Part shown: piece by piece, positions 59,277 to 64,000 of the stretch | Layout: each line of letters opens with the position of its first letter | Position numbering within the stretch: the first letter of the stretch is position 1 | From: Candidatus Heimdallarchaeota archaeon | GTDB lineage: Archaea; Asgardarchaeota; Heimdallarchaeia; Heimdallarchaeales; Heimdallarchaeaceae | Length of the DNA stretch: 64,000 bases | NCBI GenBank assembly: GCA_019057815.1 | Contig: JAHLWR010000011.1 | Location: 65,648-129,647, forward strand | Direction of reading: 5' to 3' | Made by a program: the position numbers and the translations under genes | Notes under the pieces: model-generated | The model's database searches: none | What the model saw: only the letters and a program-made list of their open reading frames with translations | Told to the model about the DNA's origin: nothing

Positions 59277-62243
59277 CTATTTCACCTTTGGTTTTGTAAT
59301 TTTCATTCGCTTGACAGATAGTATAATTGCAGGTGGAACAATAAATAGTCGTATAATAAAAACATCAACAAGAATACCTATGCCCAATCCAAGCCCGATT
59401 TGTTTCATATGAATAGAGGAGGTAAACATAAGCCCCATGTAGGTTGCAGCCATTACAACACCTGCAATTGAAATGTTTTTCATTGTTTGTTTAATAGCAT
59501 CTAATATAGATTGTTCTATATCCTCAGTTTTCTTGTATATATTCATGAAAATTCCAAGAAACAGAACATCAAAGTCTAAGCCCAAAGCTGTAAGAACTGC
59601 AAACAATATTAATGGTACTATCCAATATGTTGAACCACCTAGAAACAAGAAACTTAATAAGGAAAAAAGTCCTAAATTTAACCCCAAGGAGATTAGTATA
59701 GTAATTAGAACCCTACTAGACACGAAAATATTTCTCATAAAAGCAAATAGAAGTAATGTAATAGTAATAATAACAAACGCAAAAATTAATCCAAAATCTT
59801 GTTTTATTCCTTGAATACTATCATACATTAAAGGTGAAAATCCTGTTACATAGGTTTTCCATCCCGTTAAATCATATTCTAGTAATTGATCGTCAAGAAT
59901 TGTTCTTATTTGTTCTATTTGATTCTCTAAGTTTTTATCCCCTTCATAATAATGAGAACCACAATTTATTACTGCAATAGAATCATTTGGGAGTATGAAA
60001 TTCCGCATCAAAATCTGTACTTCTTCATTTAAGAACGGAGAACTTTCATTCAAACTCTCCAGATAAGGAATACCCAAAGGATGACTAACACCGGCAATTC
60101 TATAGAGCTCAATTTCTTCAAGAATTTTTTCAAAAATATTACCAACTATTCGGATTGATTCGAAATTCAAACTGTTATTTTCTAATAGAAATGTATCCAC
60201 AGAAGATGTCTGAAAAATAATTATTATCTGACTTGTATATTCCACCCCAATATAATTATTTATAGCGTCATAACCTTGTTTAGTTTTATAATACTGGGGA
60301 GCTGAAGATAATTGTGCATAATCTGTTGGTACAAGGAAAAAAATTCCAGTAAAAGTTAGAGATAAGATAATGCTTATAATCAGAACTTTACCAGGATTCT
60401 TAACTGCTTTTCGCACATACTTGTCAACACGTAGTTTAGGAACACTAATTTTTGGAAGTTTTATTTTCCATTTTGTTAGAATATTTGAATTTATAAGAAA
60501 CAAAATTGAAGGCAGAAAAGTTAACGAGACTAACGCACTAGAAAGAAAACCAATAGCACCCCCTATTCCCATCCCCCTAGCTTGAGTTAAAGAGCTGAAC
60601 ATTAATGCTCCAAAACCTAATGTAAGAGATAGTGAAGAAATAAAAATACTCTTAGCAGTTCTACGATAGGTCTCTAAAAGAGCTTGTTTCTTATCTTTTA
60701 TTTTTTTCAGATTATATTGATAATCACCTATTAAAAAGACACAGTAATTTGTTGTCGCTCCTATTAAGCTGACATTCATCATCATTAAGCTAGAAGAAGC
60801 TAACCCTACAATGTTATCTGCAATCAGATAGAAGATAATTCGACTAACACCAAAAGTCACACTTATGACCAGAATCTGAATTAATGGAAGAAATGGAGAT
60901 CTGTAGAAGATAAGAAGAAGTAAAGTTATTGTCACTATAGCAACAATATCCATTTTCTTGGACTGATATATATAATCTTCAGAGAGTTCGAAAACAAAAA
61001 GATTAACTCCAGTTACATACAGTTTTAAGTTCTCTGAATTTTCTTGTAGAACATCAATTAAGCTAAGAAATTCAAGATGTAATTCTTTTCCCTCAAAAGT
61101 AAAATAGGAAATAGAAGTTTTAAACAATACAATTGTGGTATCAACAACTGTGGTTTCATTTTTAAAGTTGGTATATTGTTTAAGAAATGTTTCAATTACT
61201 TCTGATGAAATTGATGGAACAGATATTTCGTTTTTTAAGATAGGTAGTAAATACTTATTTTTGGCTTTGACATATCCCTCTATATTTCCGTTGTCATAGA
61301 CTTCTTTAACGAACTCTATACTTTGATAATCATTCACTTCAAAGAGAATTTCTGTAATTTTTTCATAAATATACTCTTCATCTTCCCATTTGGTATTATT
61401 AAAACTAGATGAAATTTTCTCTAAAAGTAATAGAATTCTACTATCAGTAGTTATCTCTTGATAAAATGTTGTATTTTCAAAGATAATATCCTTGAACTGT
61501 TGAACAACATCTAACTTGGTTGAAGGAGTGGTTTCCAAAACTGAATGTAAGAAATTTACACCAAGTTTAGTGTAAAATGTATCAGATGTAATACTGTACA
61601 AGCTTTCATTGTTGCTGTCTAAAAGCGAGTTTACAAACCATTTCGTTTGTGATATAGCAAAGGTTGTAGATATTTCCAAATCGCTAGTTGTATTGAAACT
61701 GTCGATCCACGTATCTGCGAAGAAGTCTAAGCCTCCCCAAATATAATGTATAGTTGCAAAAGAAGCTTGTGTAGAAATCCATTGTAAGTTTAATATTGAT
61801 CGCAGTAAATTATCAGCATCACTGAAAAGCGAGGAATAGGGTTGTTTTGAAGATAGGAAAGGACCAATTTTGGGATTACTCGTAAAATTATTAATTATTA
61901 TAATTATTTGCTCCTTCATTTCACTTGTTAATATACTTCCTTGAGGATTGTGAATAACCAATTGGACTGACCCATTATCTTCTTGGAAAATAGAAAGAAG
62001 ATTCAATCCCATTTTTGATTCACTTAAATTTGTGGACGTAAGATTTGAACCTTCTTCTTCCATTAAATCTGAAAGATTTAGAATTTTACCAAAATTCGCT
62101 GACACTAAAATTATCCAAAATAAAAGAATACAGATTGCAATTCTCTTGTCATGCTTTTGGATGTATTCCTTTATTTTTTTCATTACAATGTATGTTGTGC
62201 ATTCTGCATATATAATTCTATTTCTGTAATTATATCCACTCAT
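59277..62243 (-). CDS. MMPL (RND superfamily) transporter; start probably near 62183
   Basis: Two repeats of large loop plus TM bundle; YVTG motifs, GATTNY and ALGLDFD. Confidence 0.9.
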   Translation of the reverse strand: MSGYNYRNRIIYAECTTYIVMKKIKEYIQKHDKRIAICILLFWIILVSANFGKILNLSDLMEEEGSNLTSTNLSESKMGLNLLSIFQEDNGSVQLVIHNPQGSILTSEMKEQIIIIINNFTSNPKIGPFLSSKQPYSSLFSDADNLLRSILNLQWISTQASFATIHYIWGGLDFFADTWIDSFNTTSDLEISTTFAISQTKWFVNSLLDSNNESLYSITSDTFYTKLGVNFLHSVLETTPSTKLDVVQQFKDIIFENTTFYQEITTDSRILLLLEKISSSFNNTKWEDEEYIYEKITEILFEVNDYQSIEFVKEVYDNGNIEGYVKAKNKYLLPILKNEISVPSISSEVIETFLKQYTNFKNETTVVDTTIVLFKTSISYFTFEGKELHLEFLSLIDVLQENSENLKLYVTGVNLFVFELSEDYIYQSKKMDIVAIVTITLLLLIFYRSPFLPLIQILVISVTFGVSRIIFYLIADNIVGLASSSLMMMNVSLIGATTNYCVFLIGDYQYNLKKIKDKKQALLETYRRTAKSIFISSLSLTLGFGALMFSSLTQARGMGIGGAIGFLSSALVSLTFLPSILFLINSNILTKWKIKLPKISVPKLRVDKYVRKAVKNPGKVLIISIILSLTFTGIFFLVPTDYAQLSSAPQYYKTKQGYDAINNYIGVEYTSQIIIIFQTSSVDTFLLENNSLNFESIRIVGNIFEKILEEIELYRIAGVSHPLGIPYLESLNESSPFLNEEVQILMRNFILPNDSIAVINCGSHYYEGDKNLENQIEQIRTILDDQLLEYDLTGWKTYVTGFSPLMYDSIQGIKQDFGLIFAFVIITITLLLFAFMRNIFVSSRVLITILISLGLNLGLFSLLSFLFLGGSTYWIVPLILFAVLTALGLDFDVLFLGIFMNIYKKTEDIEQSILDAIKQTMKNISIAGVVMAATYMGLMFTSSIHMKQIGLGLGIGILVDVFIIRLFIVPPAIILSVKRMKITKPKVK

Positions 62244-62365
62244 TAGTTGGTTTACAGTAAATATTTCATAAAGACAACAATAATAGATTTATAATACCTA
62301 TTTTTACTCTTTAACAAGCAAGAAAACACTAGTCTTGAAAAATTAGTTGCCAGTAGCTGAATCGT

Positions 62366-63049
62366 ATGGAAGGAAATAATCGGAAAAAAAATAACCTTGG
62401 TAGGTCCAAACATATTAGTGATGACAGAATTGATCGATTAGCAACTTTTGAAGGCGATTTAGCTCTTTTCAGAGCTATGGAACTGATGATAGAAAATTTA
62501 CAAGATAACCTTCAGCACATGAAAGAGCACGAAGAATATGTGAAAGCTGTAAGAGACAGGCTTGTTGATGACATTCAAGAAAAGAGAAGAATATTTGTTC
62601 TAGCAAGTGGTAGAAGTGCGATGGTTGGACAAATGTTCCAAACAAGACTGGAACATTTTGGAGTTCAATCCAGGTTTATAACGAACACAAGATCAGTACC
62701 GAAAGTAAGTGAAGGAGACACCATAATAGTAATTAGCGGGTCAGGAACAACACCAATAGTAAAAGCAATGCTTGAAACATATCTTATTTACAACCCCTTT
62801 GTGATAGTCATAACAAGCTACCCATTAAGTTTTATAGGAAGACTAGGAGATGTCACAGTAAAATTAAAAGGTAGAACGAAAAAAGATATTGCAAGAAGAG
62901 AAAAGGGTTTAGATAGTACTTTAGCACCAGAGGGGACAGCTTTTGAGCAAGCAGCTTTAGCTTTTCTAGATGGGATAGTAGCAGAACTAGCGGTAACTTT
63001 ACACAGAGACGAAAAAAGCCTGCTGAGAGAACATAATCAAGGAATATAA
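62366..63049 (+). CDS. hxlB: SIS-domain 6-phospho-3-hexuloisomerase-like protein
   Basis: SGRS..VG..F..RL, ISGSGTT, APEGTAFEQ. Confidence 0.75.
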   Translation: MEGNNRKKNNLGRSKHISDDRIDRLATFEGDLALFRAMELMIENLQDNLQHMKEHEEYVKAVRDRLVDDIQEKRRIFVLASGRSAMVGQMFQTRLEHFGVQSRFITNTRSVPKVSEGDTIIVISGSGTTPIVKAMLETYLIYNPFVIVITSYPLSFIGRLGDVTVKLKGRTKKDIARREKGLDSTLAPEGTAFEQAALAFLDGIVAELAVTLHRDEKSLLREHNQGI

Positions 63050-63141
63050 AAGATAAACAAAGAAAGAGTACAAAAAAGAGGAAATGTTGAAGGTTTAGTT
63101 CTTGTTATTACTTTCTTTCTATGCTGTTTCTAACAACTGTT

Positions 63142-63999
63142 TTACTTCTTTACCTTCTTTGAGATTATCTTTGTAAGCATTAAGGGAATTACTAACATTA
63201 GTAGAGTAAATGTAAAGCTTAGTTGATTTTCATCTGTAGTAGATTCAACTGAATATTCAGCAGGTTCATCGAGAGGATAGAGATCTTCTGAACCAGTATA
63301 ACCATCAATAGAATAAGAACCTGTTCCTGACCAGTCTGACCAATAATTCCCTTCTTTTGTCTCAGGGTCATACCAGATGTTCTGATTTGCACTATCATAT
63401 GCTTGTGAAGTTCCCCCTAGACTATTGCCTACAAAGGTATTATGGTGAAAAAGATTACTACCAGAACCAGATAATAAGTATATTCCATAACCTTCATTTT
63501 CTTGTAAAAGATTGTAAGTAACAACACAATAACTAGAAGAGGAAAGCTCGATGCCACAGTCGTAATTGTTGCAACAAGTGTTGCTGGTAACAACAGAACA
63601 ATCAGAATCATAAATAAAGATGCCCAAGTTGTTAGTGCTGCAAGTGTTGTTGGCAACAGTTGAACCAAAAGAATTGTAAAGATAGATGCCTTCCCTGTTG
63701 TTGCTGTTACAAGTGTTGTTGACAACCGTAGACTTATCAGAAGACTCAAGCTTGATACCTCTATTGTTGTTGTAGCAAGTGTTGTTAACAACCGTAGACC
63801 TATCAGAAGACGCAAGCTTGATACCATCCCCATTGTAGCTGCAAGCGTTGTTAAGGACAGTAGAACTACCAGAATCCTCAAGATAGATGCCCTCGCCATT
63901 GTCACTGCACGTGTTGTTGGCAACTGTAGAACTCCCAGAAAATCGAAGATAGATGCCCTCGCCATTGTCACTGCACGTGTTGTTGGCAACTGTAGAACT
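63142..63999 (-). CDS. Right-handed beta-helix (NosD/CASH-like) surface protein, 3' part; 5' end lies beyond the window
   Basis: Frame is open to the window edge with STVxNNTCxxNxxGIxL repeats, GNYWSDW, TM helix and KKVKK tail. Confidence 0.9.
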   Translation of the reverse strand, partial: SSTVANNTCSDNGEGIYLRFSGSSTVANNTCSDNGEGIYLEDSGSSTVLNNACSYNGDGIKLASSDRSTVVNNTCYNNNRGIKLESSDKSTVVNNTCNSNNREGIYLYNSFGSTVANNTCSTNNLGIFIYDSDCSVVTSNTCCNNYDCGIELSSSSYCVVTYNLLQENEGYGIYLLSGSGSNLFHHNTFVGNSLGGTSQAYDSANQNIWYDPETKEGNYWSDWSGTGSYSIDGYTGSEDLYPLDEPAEYSVESTTDENQLSFTFTLLMLVIPLMLTKIISKKVKK

Positions 64000-64000
64000 C
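63722..64000. repeat. 66-bp period intragenic tandem repeats
   Basis: 63880-63934 is identical to 63946-64000; 63722-63759 and 63788-63825 differ at two positions. Confidence 0.9.

Noticed and set aside
490-62229. Numerous short antisense or overlapping ORFs in the track (e.g. 33539..33934, 49683..50078, 59473..59814)
   Set aside because: Shadows of well-supported genes, with no recognisable motifs.
63429-63989. 186-aa ORF MPTTRAVTMAR
   Set aside because: Alternative-frame shadow of the repetitive beta-helix gene.
63600-64000. CRISPR array or DGR template/variable repeats
   Set aside because: The repeats are in-frame coding units without spacers, differences are not adenine-specific, and no cas or reverse transcriptase gene is in the window.

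Overview
AT-rich archaeal chromosomal segment, most consistent with an Asgard (Heimdallarchaeia-like) genome. That assignment is inference, from TATA/BRE promoters, GGTGA-type Shine-Dalgarno sites, type II MetAP, DUF61, TrmB-like proteins and many TM+basic-tail surface proteins. The first 22 kb is an accessory, rearranged zone. It holds the 3' part of ileS, a strongly self-complementary intergenic leader, and a split B12-dependent methionine synthase module near a non-pyrrolysine MttB-family methyltransferase. It also holds a 172-bp MITE and an ~8-kb nuclease/OLD-ATPase island bracketed by a diverged duplication of the mttB 3' end. Last is a 3.3-kb element with the same ends as the MITE, flanked by an 8-9 bp direct repeat and carrying a secreted caspase/legumain-fold protease plus a partner gene. 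The remainder is mostly core. It includes a heterodimeric ABC exporter, a sugar ABC importer with fused permeases, a CaCA antiporter, rocD, class I gap, map, an Xaa-Pro peptidase, grpE-dnaK-dnaJ, a candidate small structured RNA, a PIN protein, MMPL, hxlB and beta-helix surface proteins. It also has an unusual operon encoding a P-loop ATPase, a coiled-coil protein and a giant TrmB-like protein split by a ~1,250-residue helical arm. Several genes carry single lesions (in-frame stops, frameshifts) that could be real or assembly errors.
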